From: Octopus sinensis
Taxonomy: Eukaryota
Assembly (NCBI RefSeq): GCF_006345805.1
Contig: NW_021832745.1
Coordinates: 1-34,016 of the forward strand
Direction of reading: 5' to 3'
DNA length: 34,016 nucleotides
The notes beneath the pieces are model-generated. The model was given only the letters and a program-made list of their open reading frames with translations, was not told the origin of the DNA and ran no database searches. Shown piece by piece: positions 24,147 to 34,016 of this stretch; the first letter of the stretch is position 1; the number at the start of each line of letters is the position of its first letter. Position numbers and translations under genes: made by a program.

Positions 24147-24541
24147 CAGGATGGTGCAGAGAGGACGGGCATTTTTGAACTGGCTATTACTCAACCCCAG
24201 TGGAGAAGGACATATGTCCGACAGGTACCATTCGGTCCATGGTGTCTTAACATTTTTTTTTCCTTTTCAGGTGAAGCCATGGCGCTGTGGACGATAGAGC
24301 ATCGCGACTTTGCCTACGACAGTTGCGTGAAGAATGGAAAGAGGAGAGGCCAACTTCCAAGAACGCTTTTAGAATGAAAACGGACACATGTTTTCACTGA
24401 TGATGGATGTTGTTTTCCACACTTGATTTGAACAAATGCTAATTCAATACAAACACATTAATATCAATAAAATTTGTTTGCAGCTAAAATTAATGATTTT
24501 TTGAATTTTTCAAAAACGTCCGTCCTCTCTATCCCACCTTG
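24147..24541 (+). mobile_element. Internally deleted Tc1/mariner-superfamily DNA transposon (395 bp) with both TIRs
   Basis: Left TIR caggatggtgcagagaggacgggcatttttgaa; right TIR reverse complement caaggtgggatagagaggacggacgtttttgaa. There is TA on the right and CA on the left. Inside, the transposase N-terminus MALWTIEHRDFAYDSCVKNG (ATG 24279) is joined to C-terminal EANFQERF*NENGH...DVVFHT*. Confidence 0.85.
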
Positions 24542-24601
24542 TATATATATATATATATATGCACATGTATACACACACGCACACACACACACATATATAT
24601 A

Positions 24602-24661
<60 letters not shown>

Positions 24662-24692
24662 AATCCAGTACAACCTGTTACATGATCGGGTC

Positions 24693-25745
24693 ATCGGCGA
24701 CTAAACTGACAATCCTACCAAGCTTGCTTGCTTGGTGAGGGGTGGGATGATTGTTGGACGCCCTGTGGGGCAAAAATTAAAATCCTATCAAAATAGCGGA
24801 GGAACTCATGAGTAGTCAAAAGTCATCCAACAATATGTGTGTATGTTTATATTGTTTTATCTTATTTTATTTATATTTTAAATTTGATGTGTTTCATTTC
24901 ATATATTAGGGGGAAGATGGGGCTCCTTAACCGTGACGAAGGCATCCCATCTAAGAGAGGGAAACTGACATAAAACCAGATCTTTGATTGCTGAGGGTCC
25001 CCTTAACAGGGCTGTACTATCAGCAAACTTTGACTAAGCTGTCTAGCATGTTTATAGCGGCTCGTCTAGGGGATGGAAACCTCTGAAGGAAAAGCATGAG
25101 GGGTGTTGCTCTTGGTATAGTGGCACATCTGTGTACCATATTCTTGCTTTCAGCACTTCCAAAAAGTGTGGTTGGTTCTAAACTTAAATCAAATCATATA
25201 TGGGGGTTTTCTGACAACTTACATTTATCCATTCAATATGGCACAGCTTCAACTTGCAAAAATCAAAAAGTCCTCTGACGAGAGAGTGAAAGCGGCAGAT
25301 CCCTTCTTTCTCTCCCTAAAGGTATTTCTGATCGCATCATGACACTAACGTTGGAACTTGATCACACCACTCGTGCTACGCTTGTCAGTTGCTATGCCTA
25401 ATCATGGCCAGCAGTGAGTAGGAAAAGGACGAATTCTACAACGAACTCCGTGGTGGACAACTCCTGTTGTCATCGTAGGAATAAACTCATCCTTATGGGC
25501 GACTTTAAAGCGGTCACTCATTAAAGGACAGAGCTTCTAATACCGATCTGCCTAGCAGGTGTAAGATTAGAGGAATCGACAGCTTCCTTATGCAATCACA
25601 ATTGTGCTGGGCTGACCATGTCATCAGAATGAGTGACGAAAGAATACCTAAAGTCCTCATGTACAGCCAGCTTGATAGTGGACACAGGAATGCTGGTCAA
25701 CCAAGGATTAGATATAAGGAAAAGCTGAAGAGTAACCTTATATAA
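24693..25745 (+). mobile_element. Multiply deleted RTE-clade (BovB-like) LINE remnant
   Basis: AP-endonuclease fragment PKGISDRIMTL...ATLVSCYA...EKDEFYNEL...KLILMGDFKA (about 25315-25512) is followed directly by the ORF C-terminus GIDSFLMQSQLCWADHVIRMSDERIPKVLMYSQL...GQPRIRYKEKLKSNL (about 25570-25742). The upstream 24693-25100 segment resembles RTE 5' UTRs from memory and is less certain. Confidence 0.8.
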
Positions 25746-25998
25746 ATGAAGATCATAGAAATGGATTTGAATGCTTGCCACTTCTCTGGTTACCCCTTTG
25801 CACTTTATTTATATATTTACATTACTTTAGTTTCATTGCCTGAAATTTTTAGTCGCTTTTATGACGCATCAATTTATTCCATAGAATATTCTTCATTCGA
25901 CTTCACCCGTATTAACCCTTTTAGGTTTTATCACCTTTTATTCGTGGTTGGTAAGCAAGCTACTTACCACACAGCCACTCCTACACATACATACATAT

Positions 25999-26042
<44 letters not shown>

Positions 26043-26091
26043 TATATATATATACCTACATACAAACATACATACACATACATATATATTT

Positions 26092-26397
26092 ACATTCATA
26101 CATATATACACATACATATATATTTACATACATACATATATACACATACATATATATTTACACACATACATATATACACATACATATATATTTACATACA
26201 TACATATATACACATACATATATATTTACATACATATATATATACACATACATATATATTTACATACATACATATATACACATACATATATATTTACATA
26301 CATACATATATACACATACATATATATTTACATACATACATATATACACATACATATATATTTACATACATACATATATACACATACATATATATTT
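26092..26397. repeat. 34-bp minisatellite, 9 tandem units
   Basis: Unit acatacatacatatatacacatacatatatattt; the ttt marker recurs every 34 bp (26125, 26159 ... 26397). Confidence 0.93.
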
Positions 26398-26457
26398 ACA
26401 TACATACACATATATATATATATCACATATTCTTAATAACTGGTACGACTCTTTGTT

Positions 26458-26493
<36 letters not shown>

Positions 26494-26699
26494 TTGATCT
26501 GTCCCCTTCTCTCTCTACTCATCCTCTTTTTCTCTTCTCTTTCCTCTGATTCTTTGGTCTAATCTTCCACTACCCTCCTAATTCTTTGTCTCGCTCTGCA
26601 CTCACAGGTCAATCTTCGACACCCATCCCTTCTCCTCTCTGATTCCTTCTTTCTCTCTCTTTGTTGCGTTTGTCCCTCCTCTCTCTCTCTCTTCCGCTG

Positions 26700-27235
26700 C
26701 TTCTCTTTCTTTTCTTTTCTCTCTCCTCTGTCACGTGACTGCTGGCCGAAATCTGCCTTTCAGCTTCTGACCAGCGTCGTGTTAACATCGTTGTTTTTCG
26801 TCCGCCGCTATAGGCATCGCCGATAAGGCTCCTTTCCTTGCGCAAGAGAAAAAATTTGTTTGTTTGTTATCAGTCGTAAGACACTTGTTGTTGTTTTCAC
26901 CGTTAATGCTTCTGTATTTCATGTTTCTGTATTCCATTATTTTTTTTGTTTTTTATATTCGTCCCTTTTGCTGTCCTGGTGTCCGTATGCATTCGATCCT
27001 TCTTCCAGGAATCTACGCTCCCAGCTTAGTTTTTCTAATGCTCGTTGCTTAGTTTTTCTTGGAGGGCTGGCCGTGATCTAGTAATCTCAAGATTAATCAG
27101 CCGAAATTACTACGATGATCCGGTTCTTGACTGAAGACTGAGGGTTTCGAATGTCCTGTCCGTGTTTATTGTATCGTCTTCTAAGAGTTATACGTTTCTT
27201 GTCCATGTTTATTTTTTCTACATACCTTAATATAT
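26700..27235 (+). repeat. Interspersed repeat, family P2 (probable Penelope-like 3' region)
   Basis: Homologous to the reverse complement of 4310-4560. Contains a decayed hammerhead-like ctgaagactgagggtttcgaatgtc (27131-27155) and ends in (TA)n. Confidence 0.45.
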
Positions 27236-28051
27236 ATATATATATATATATATAAACATACATTTATATACATGCATTTATATACATGTATGTATGTATA
27301 CATATATATATATATTATAATTGGTTCATTTATGTCGAATATATAAATTCAACAACAACTAACCAATTTAAAATTCATTTCGTTCCCGACCAATGCATTT
27401 GTGTGTGCGCGCATGCGTGTGCGAGCGTCTCCGCGACCGCACGCGCGTACGCATTCAAAAGCGATGGAAATATTAATTAGTTTTGTTCTGCACCTGACAG
27501 TGTCACACTGAAACTACATTTGCAACGGTGCTGGATAAAAGAATGTCTCACGCCTCGGTGAGTAATCTTCAAATCTTGATAATTAATTAGAACAGAATTT
27601 ATTAGGAGATAGTTTAACTATTCGCAAACGATGACATTTAAAGAAAAGGTTGGCTGCGCCGAATGGCGGGCAAAGTTGAAGTCTATAACAGCTGTGAAGG
27701 GAAGATTCATTAAGTCTAACAGGGAAGCTGGACCACACAGGGATTCAATTAGAAATTAGCTCGAAAGGGTCAGAGAATGTAAAAGCATAATCTAGGGCCT
27801 CGGTTCTCAACCATTTTTTCACCTATTGACACATTTGTTTTCCAGCCATTCGATGTTTAAGAAATCGTATTATATTTTTATAATTAAATGTTAATTACGT
27901 TAATTAATTTGTTTTGCAAGATTCCCTATGTGAAGCCGTGTGTTGAAACATATTTTTATGTTTCGGGACGGTCATTTTTTTTTTCTTGGCAAATAAACAC
28001 ACGCACTGTATATTCGTTCTTCACTCGTTTATTATTGTTCTTATCTTATGC

Positions 28052-28100
<49 letters not shown>

Positions 28101-28315
28101 GTTATGAGAGGTAATAGTGTCAATAAGACCCAAAGGTGTCAGGTAATGCTGAGTAAGTGCTATGGACAGACTATAGTTAAGCTCCAGGTTCGGTGATTAT
28201 GCGAATGAGGAGTCCAACGTAGGTCATATATCAGCATGTGTATATACAAAAAAATTAACAGAATGAGATAAAAATCTAAGGCCTTAAAAGATTTTAGAAC
28301 ATTTATAAATAGAAG

Positions 28316-28363
28316 GTCTTACAGCTGTTTCCGGGATATTTTATATATCCCTTCATTGGAGAC
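28316..28363 (-). ncRNA. Hammerhead-like fold (variant core CCAAUGAA) in a probable Penelope-like tail
   Basis: Minus strand reads GUCU-CCAAUGAA-GGGAUA(UAUAAAA)UAUCCC-G-GAA-ACAGCUGU-A-AGAC. Stem I is 4 bp, stem II is 6 bp, stem III is the perfect palindrome ACAGCUGU, and the triplet is GUA. Confidence 0.6.
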
Positions 28364-28529
28364 GGTGTGAGAAAATGGTTAATCAATAGTTATTCTAGAT
28401 ACGATATGAAATAGAGAGTGAAGCGGAGGAATGAAAATAGACGTGAGATAGGCAGGGATATTGTATCTGTAGTTCCATTATTTAGGCAGAATTATTATAT
28501 ATCTATGTATATCCATTATTATAGTGTAT

Positions 28530-28851
<322 letters not shown>

Positions 28852-29154
28852 CTTAATAGTTTTAAACGATACACCAAATTGTTGAATATTTTTTCTCAAA
28901 TATTGCTTGGCTCCTTCCCACTGCCTGCATTTTTCAACAAAGCAGTCTGTTGAGAAGCACAATCTACAGGAGTCGACAGTAATCAATTACTTCAAGTCAT
29001 TTTGAAACGTGTGTAGCAGGAACGGACAGGATTCTAAAGCAGTTTTTAAAAATCTATAATTTAACTCACAGTGATTCAATAATGCAGGGAAATTACAGGC
29101 CGTATCGATAAGATGTCAGCGAATATTCCTTATGACATATAATTTCAAGAGTGT

Positions 29155-29350
29155 AATTACCTCCGCCAAGGGAGGAGGTTATGTGTTCATCGGCGTTGGT
29201 TTGTCCGTCTGTGTGCAAAATGACTCAAAAAGTTGTGAATGATATTTCATGAAACCTGCAGGAAAAGTTGATAATGACACAAGGAACAGATGATAAAATG
29301 TTGGTAGTGATCCGGGAATTTTTATGGATTCTTGAAGAATTTTTCATTTA
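29155..29350 (+). mobile_element. Short non-autonomous element resembling a Helentron-associated (HINE/DINE-1-like) 5' end
   Basis: Begins with a small inverted repeat (acctcc-gccaag-ggagg-aggt), then ttggtttgtccgtctgtgtgcaaaatgactcaaaaagttg, a GTCY-type tract. The assignment is from recalled similarity only. Confidence 0.45.
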
Positions 29351-29466
29351 CTTTACATGAAGTATTACAATGCTACGTTCTTTGATTATCTCCCTTGAAA
29401 ACACGTTCATCGTTTGCACGCAACCGATGGTGGCGTTGATGTGTTGCGCTTCAGCATCTTTGGCAT

Positions 29467-29974
29467 TTCCAAGGATTTCAACACTGCATTTACCTCGACG
29501 CTATCGAAGACTTTTCGTAATCAACAAAAGCGATACACAGAGGAGGAGGCTTGTATTCATTCCTTCGTGAATCTGCGTATTCTGCCGTACTCTGGTTCCT
29601 ACGGAAATCTGCTTTCTCTCTTGGCTGTTGGCCGTCGAGGTATTTTGATAGTCTCATGGCTATGGCCTTTGTAAACAGCTTATAGAGGAGGTGAGACAAG
29701 AGGCATATGGAATGACAGTATTTAAAATCTTCTTGATCACCCTTCTTATGAAGCAAAGAGGTAATTGACTCTTTCTTTCGTGAGTGTTTTCTTTGGTTTT
29801 TTTGCCCTCCTTCAGTCAGTGATTGAAGCGCAGAATGAGGGTTCTTCGCAGCCCTTCACCTCCGCATTTTCACATCTCTGTTGTGATGCCATCTTTCCTA
29901 TGAGCTTTGTCTGCTTACATCAGTTTGAGAGCATTTTCAATTTCACTAACCAGAATAGATGGCACTTCTTCGAG
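29467..29974 (-). mobile_element. RTE-clade LINE reverse transcriptase fragment (degenerate)
   Basis: LEEVPSILVSEIENALKLM*ADKAHRKDGITTEM*KCGG...LLHKKGDQEDFK..ICLLSHLLYKLFTK...QQPREKADFRR...AFVDYEKS(fs)DSVEVNAVLKSLE are RTE RT N-terminal motifs. Confidence 0.88.
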
Positions 29975-30262
29975 TATGCAACATCACCTCAGGTATTCTG
30001 TTCTCTGAAAAGCGATCAGACAACATCTAGGAAATGACTTTGAGAATTATAGACTGAAGAAATTGATGCAGGCTTTAGAGGAAAGGAGAAGTGTAAAAAG
30101 ATGCAGGAGAGGGCTGACACTCTATAGGTCAGGGGTGAAGCGGCTTAAGAACAAAAACAAGTTTACGGTGACAGACAAAGGGAAGACAGAAGAAGTGCAC
30201 AAAACCTTCTACGTCGACCTTTGTAAATCATCAGCGAAGCTCGATCCCCACCGCCAAATACA
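29975..30262 (+). mobile_element. Inverted upstream segment of the same RTE element (endonuclease-RT linker)
   Basis: The plus frame reads RYSVL*KAIRQHLGNDFENYRLKKLMQALEERRSVKRCRRGL...EEVHKTFYVDLCKSSAKLDPHRQI. This is the linker that normally precedes EEVP in RTE ORFs, but it lies on the opposite strand. Confidence 0.75.
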
Positions 30263-30271
30263 TGTATAGAC

Positions 30272-30306
<35 letters not shown>

Positions 30307-32412
30307 CATGCATGCGTATACACACACGTATGCGTGTATATGTATGTATAGGGTGAGCACATGAAAGAAAACCGTAAAGCATATGGAAATGAAGTTGTCT
30401 GTTCTTTGATGTGTGACGTCATTTACTTCCATCATGAAAGGAAACATAATTTCCGTGTAAAGGGCTCACCTTCAAAAAGATGACACGGGCCGTCGGTTGG
30501 CAGAATAGGTGGAGCATCGAACACACACAGTATGTGTCACGTTCGCTAACATCCCATCTACTTTCTGAATTGAAAACCCGCCCACCTCAACTCCACCTCT
30601 TCCATTTTTTTCTTACCTTCTGAAGTTCTTAATTACTGGAATAAGTACTGGAGGTGGGATGAACATAATCAACCAAACCTGAGTGGGACGGGTTCAAGTT
30701 TAGCTGCAGTCCAGTGACAAAGACCAGTTCTTGTTGCTTAACTTCAGGTCAACCCTGATCCAGTCGACCTAAGATAAAAGACATCCACTACGCCACCATC
30801 CCTTCTTTTGTTTTTAGACATAATTTACTTAGACTTCACAAGGTATCCTTCTACTCAATTAAACGGTAGTTTGAGGTAGATTTGGCTATTTCAAGGAACC
30901 ACCATGCCATGATGCTCCCATTAACTCTCGAACTAAAACAAGAATGCGACAATATAATTAGCACTCAAAAGATCTTCCAGAGGGTTGACATCCTGCTGTG
31001 GATGTTTTCTTTAATTAATTTGAAGAGATAAAACGATATATATATATATATATTAGAAGGTTTGGAGATGATGTACAGGTATTATATATTAGAAGAAATG
31101 AGGTATTCAGAAATTCGGATGGTTTTATATTTACAGATATTTATTAGTATGTTACATGTTTTTATAAATCATATATTAGCGCTTTCGTCCATTCAATGGC
31201 CCAGTGGTTAGGGCAGCGGACTCGCGGTTTCGATTCCCAGACACACATAAATACATACACACGTATAAATACACACACTCGCACATACACACACATAGAC
31301 AAACAGACAGAGAGACAGATAGTTGTAGACAGATCGAGAGATAAGACTATAGAAAGAGACGTAAAAGTTTCTGTATTAAGAGACTGAATAGTAATTAGAG
31401 TAAATAAATTAACTTATGTTAATTTATTCCTCCTAATTATATCTTAAAACCTGTAAACAATAACAAATGATCTTGACTATAATCCCATGTTTTATTACGT
31501 TCGACCAAATTACAATCATTCAATCGGCCGACATAGCTTTCAAAAGAACTTTTCCCAGTGGTGTGTATATAACCCTAACCCGACCTCAAATTTGAATAAA
31601 CGCCGAAAGTATTTGTCCAACGCTCTACCGATTCGTAACGTAAATTTTACGATAATTGTCATTTTGCTTCATCAATTGTTTAGTAAATAATTAATTTTCA
31701 ATTCAACAAGCGTAAAAAATCGGTTGCTTCCACTCATATTTAAAATGAGAAATCAAAAATGGAGAAACGGACAAAACAGTGGAAGTCTACAGAAGTTATT
31801 GCGCATGCGCGGGACTGGTGTGTATGTGTAAGAGAATAAGACTGTGTATATATAAGAGAGTGCGGGTAAATGCAGAGGAGTGTGTGTGTGTGTGTGCCCT
31901 TATACGAGTATGTGTGTACGCCTGTGTGCGTAAGCCTGTGGTTACCTTTGTCCTTGTGTACGTACGTGTGTGTCTGTGCGCGTATGTCTATGCATGTGTC
32001 CCTATGAGTGTAAAACGGAGAGAGACAGAGAGAGAGAAAGAGAGAGAGTAAAATTATATGGATGACTAACTTGTTAACTTCCTATAATTTCATATCACTT
32101 CCTTTTCTAAGTCCCAAAACACTGAGTTCAAATCGTGCCTTTCATCTTTCCATCACAGACAGAACCCTAATCAACGATTGGGGTTAATTTAGCACAAAAC
32201 CTGCGGTTTTACGGGAAGCAGTTTTAAATCGACCCCTAAACTAGATTAGTAGTTTGACCCTGGGCGAATTAATCTCAGTGGGACTAATGCTAATCTCTGT
32301 AGGATTTGAGCACAAAAGATAAGGAGACGGAAGAAATACCGCAAGGCACTTCCGACATTTCTGCCAAAATAACTGCATCTATTGACGAAGACTATTCACA
32401 CACACACACACA

Positions 32413-32443
<31 letters not shown>

Positions 32444-32449
32444 CTTTGA

Positions 32450-32544
32450 CAAGGAAAATGTTGATAGTGACTTCGAAGTTTTGGCTCGGTTGCTTCAGTC
32501 GCAACTGAACCGAAATTTGAAAGTCAGTGTCAACATTTTCCTTG
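32450..32544. repeat. 95-nt foldback (44-bp arms, 7-nt loop), MITE-like
   Basis: caaggaaaatgttgatagtgacttcgaagttttggctcggttgc-ttcagtc-gcaactgaaccgaaatttgaaagtcagtgtcaacattttccttg has 8 non-Watson-Crick positions, 4 of them G-U compatible. A partial left-arm match occurs at about 9977-9998. Confidence 0.85.
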
Positions 32545-32545
32545 C

Positions 32546-32975
32546 AATAATAACAATACTCATTTCTACATTAGGGACGGCATGAAATTTGGTGGGGAAG
32601 GGAGCTAATCGATAACATCGACCCCCAGTGTATAACTGGTACAAAATACGGAAAAGATGGAAGGCAAAGTTGACCTCAGAGGAATTTGAGCTCGGAATGT
32701 TAAAACGGATGAAATGCTGCTAAGCATTTTGACCGGTATATTAACTGCTCTGGCAGCTGGCCGTTTTAATAATAATAATAATAATAATAATAATGATTTC
32801 AAACTTTGGTACAAGGTCAGCAATTTCGGGGTGGGGGTCAAGTCGATAACATCGACCTCGACTGATACTTTATCGACCCCGAAAGTATGAAAGACAAAGT
32901 TGACCCCGGCGGAATTTGAACACAGAACGTAAAGACAGACGAAATACCCTTAACGATTCTACCAGCACACCGCCT
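32546..32975 (-). mobile_element. Two stacked SINE family B copies separated by a (TAA)n run
   Basis: Modules atcgacccccagtg...ggcaaagttgacctcagaggaatttgagctc (about 32600-32765) and atcgaccccgaaagtatgaaagacaaagttgaccccggcggaatttgaacacagaacg (about 32790-32975). Confidence 0.8.
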
Positions 32976-32989
32976 TTTTCTTCTTCTTC

Positions 32990-33050
<61 letters not shown>

Positions 33051-33437
33051 TACAGAGAGAGTGAGAGGGAGGAAAAAAGAGAGAGGGGGCGTCTACACTG
33101 TTTATGTCTATGAAATTCAAAATATTTGTCATTGATGAAGCAGAACCCGTGATGAGAGAAGACATCCATCCTTAAGTATTACAGGGTGAGAACGAAACTG
33201 GAATCCTGTGGTTGTGAAGGAAACTTCTTAACCCAGCCATGCTCAGTTCAATCTCAATAATGGCCGTCATCATTTTTTATCGATGCAGGGTTCCTAAAAT
33301 AAATAATGCTACGTTGGTTGTTTAGCGCCAGAGAAGGTTTGAACCAGTGAACTTCATATAGAAGGCTTTCCAACCATGAACAACCCAACTATAACATGAT
33401 CCACGACACCATTCTACACTATAGCCTTCATTATTAA

Positions 33438-34016
33438 CCCTTTGAGTCCCTAACACCGGTTTACCGGTGGATGGCTTATTTTTCTCTATACCGTAACACC
33501 GCTCTACCCAGGGGGAGGGTGCATCTGCACTAACGTACAACGATATATTCTTATCCAATGGACCGCAAACCCATCCATTTCATCTCCAGCTGCCATGATC
33601 CAAGCCAAGTTCAAGTTGTTTCAAGGAGGAACAAAGATGGATCTGAAATACAAATTTCTATGCCTTCCTTGGTGAAACAATATAATTCGTAGAACGATCA
33701 AATGACGAAACTTTACAAGACAAGACGCCATTAACGCTGGCCAAGAAGGCTCTTCGTGAAATGGGCTGTCTACATTCCACAAATTTCTGGATCAGTACAG
33801 TGTGGGGGCTTGTTGGTGAGTTTCGCACAAAAGCTGTTCGCAGAGCTCGTGAACGCGAAGTCTCGGTTTATCTCCAAAACGTAGGCCGCCATCATCCACA
33901 TATTCCAGAAGATGGGTCTACAAACACAGTGTGTGTTGTATATGCCAAGAAGTCAGAAAAACCCAGCGTTCCTTACAAGGATTATCCAATCAAAGCAGTC
34001 AAATTAGCCGTCTGTT
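33438..34016 (+). mobile_element. Deleted and degenerate piggyBac transposon (left end plus C-terminal transposase remnant); runs off the window
   Basis: TTAA (33434-33437) is followed by CCCTTTG. The remnant reads MDRKPIHFISSCHDPSQVQVVSRRNKDGSEIQISMPSLVKQYNS*NDQMTKLYKTRRH*RWPRRLF...NVGRHHPHIP...VCVVYAKK. The MGGVD segment between YN and DQ is missing. Confidence 0.8.

Noticed and set aside
26092-26397. Regularly spaced repeats as a CRISPR array
   Set aside because: The units are contiguous with no unique spacers, the context is eukaryotic and there are no cas genes.
25746-26549. 267-aa ORF, and other long YIYI/HTHT/CVCV ORFs such as 3846-4286, 21090-21470 and 28519-28986
   Set aside because: They stay open only because they run through TA/CA microsatellites and the minisatellite; there is no protein-like composition.
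31800-31812. TGCGCATGCGCG NRF1-like motif
   Set aside because: It is a single motif at the edge of a (GT)-rich tract with no accompanying promoter elements.

Overview
Eukaryotic, repeat-dominated DNA with long (TA)n/(CA)n/(TACA)n/(GATA)n/(TAA)n fields. The SINE families look like those I recall from octopus genomes; the taxon is an inference and is not proven here. No intact host gene, rRNA, true tRNA or CRISPR array can be supported, and most listed ORFs are microsatellite artefacts. The recognisable coding sequence is all transposon-derived: (1) a 5'-truncated CR1-group LINE with a 408-aa open RT segment (18261-19990); (2) a Penelope-like C-terminal remnant fused head-to-head to that LINE; (3) two RTE-clade remnants, one with a twin-priming-like 5' inversion; (4) an R4/Dong-like 3' end lying in (TAA)n; (5) a TIR-complete, internally deleted Tc1/mariner element; (6) a deleted piggyBac. 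At least three tRNA-derived SINE families are also present. The most interesting signal is a set of about six minimal type-I hammerhead-ribozyme-like folds with palindromic stem III, as in Penelope pseudo-LTRs. One has a fully canonical core. Others keep their helices but change catalytic-core positions (CUGUUGAA, CUAUAGAA, CCGACGAA, CCAAUGAA). Several hairpins and a few candidate promoter/micro-exon signals are reported at low confidence. All alignments were done by eye, so boundaries are approximate unless stated.
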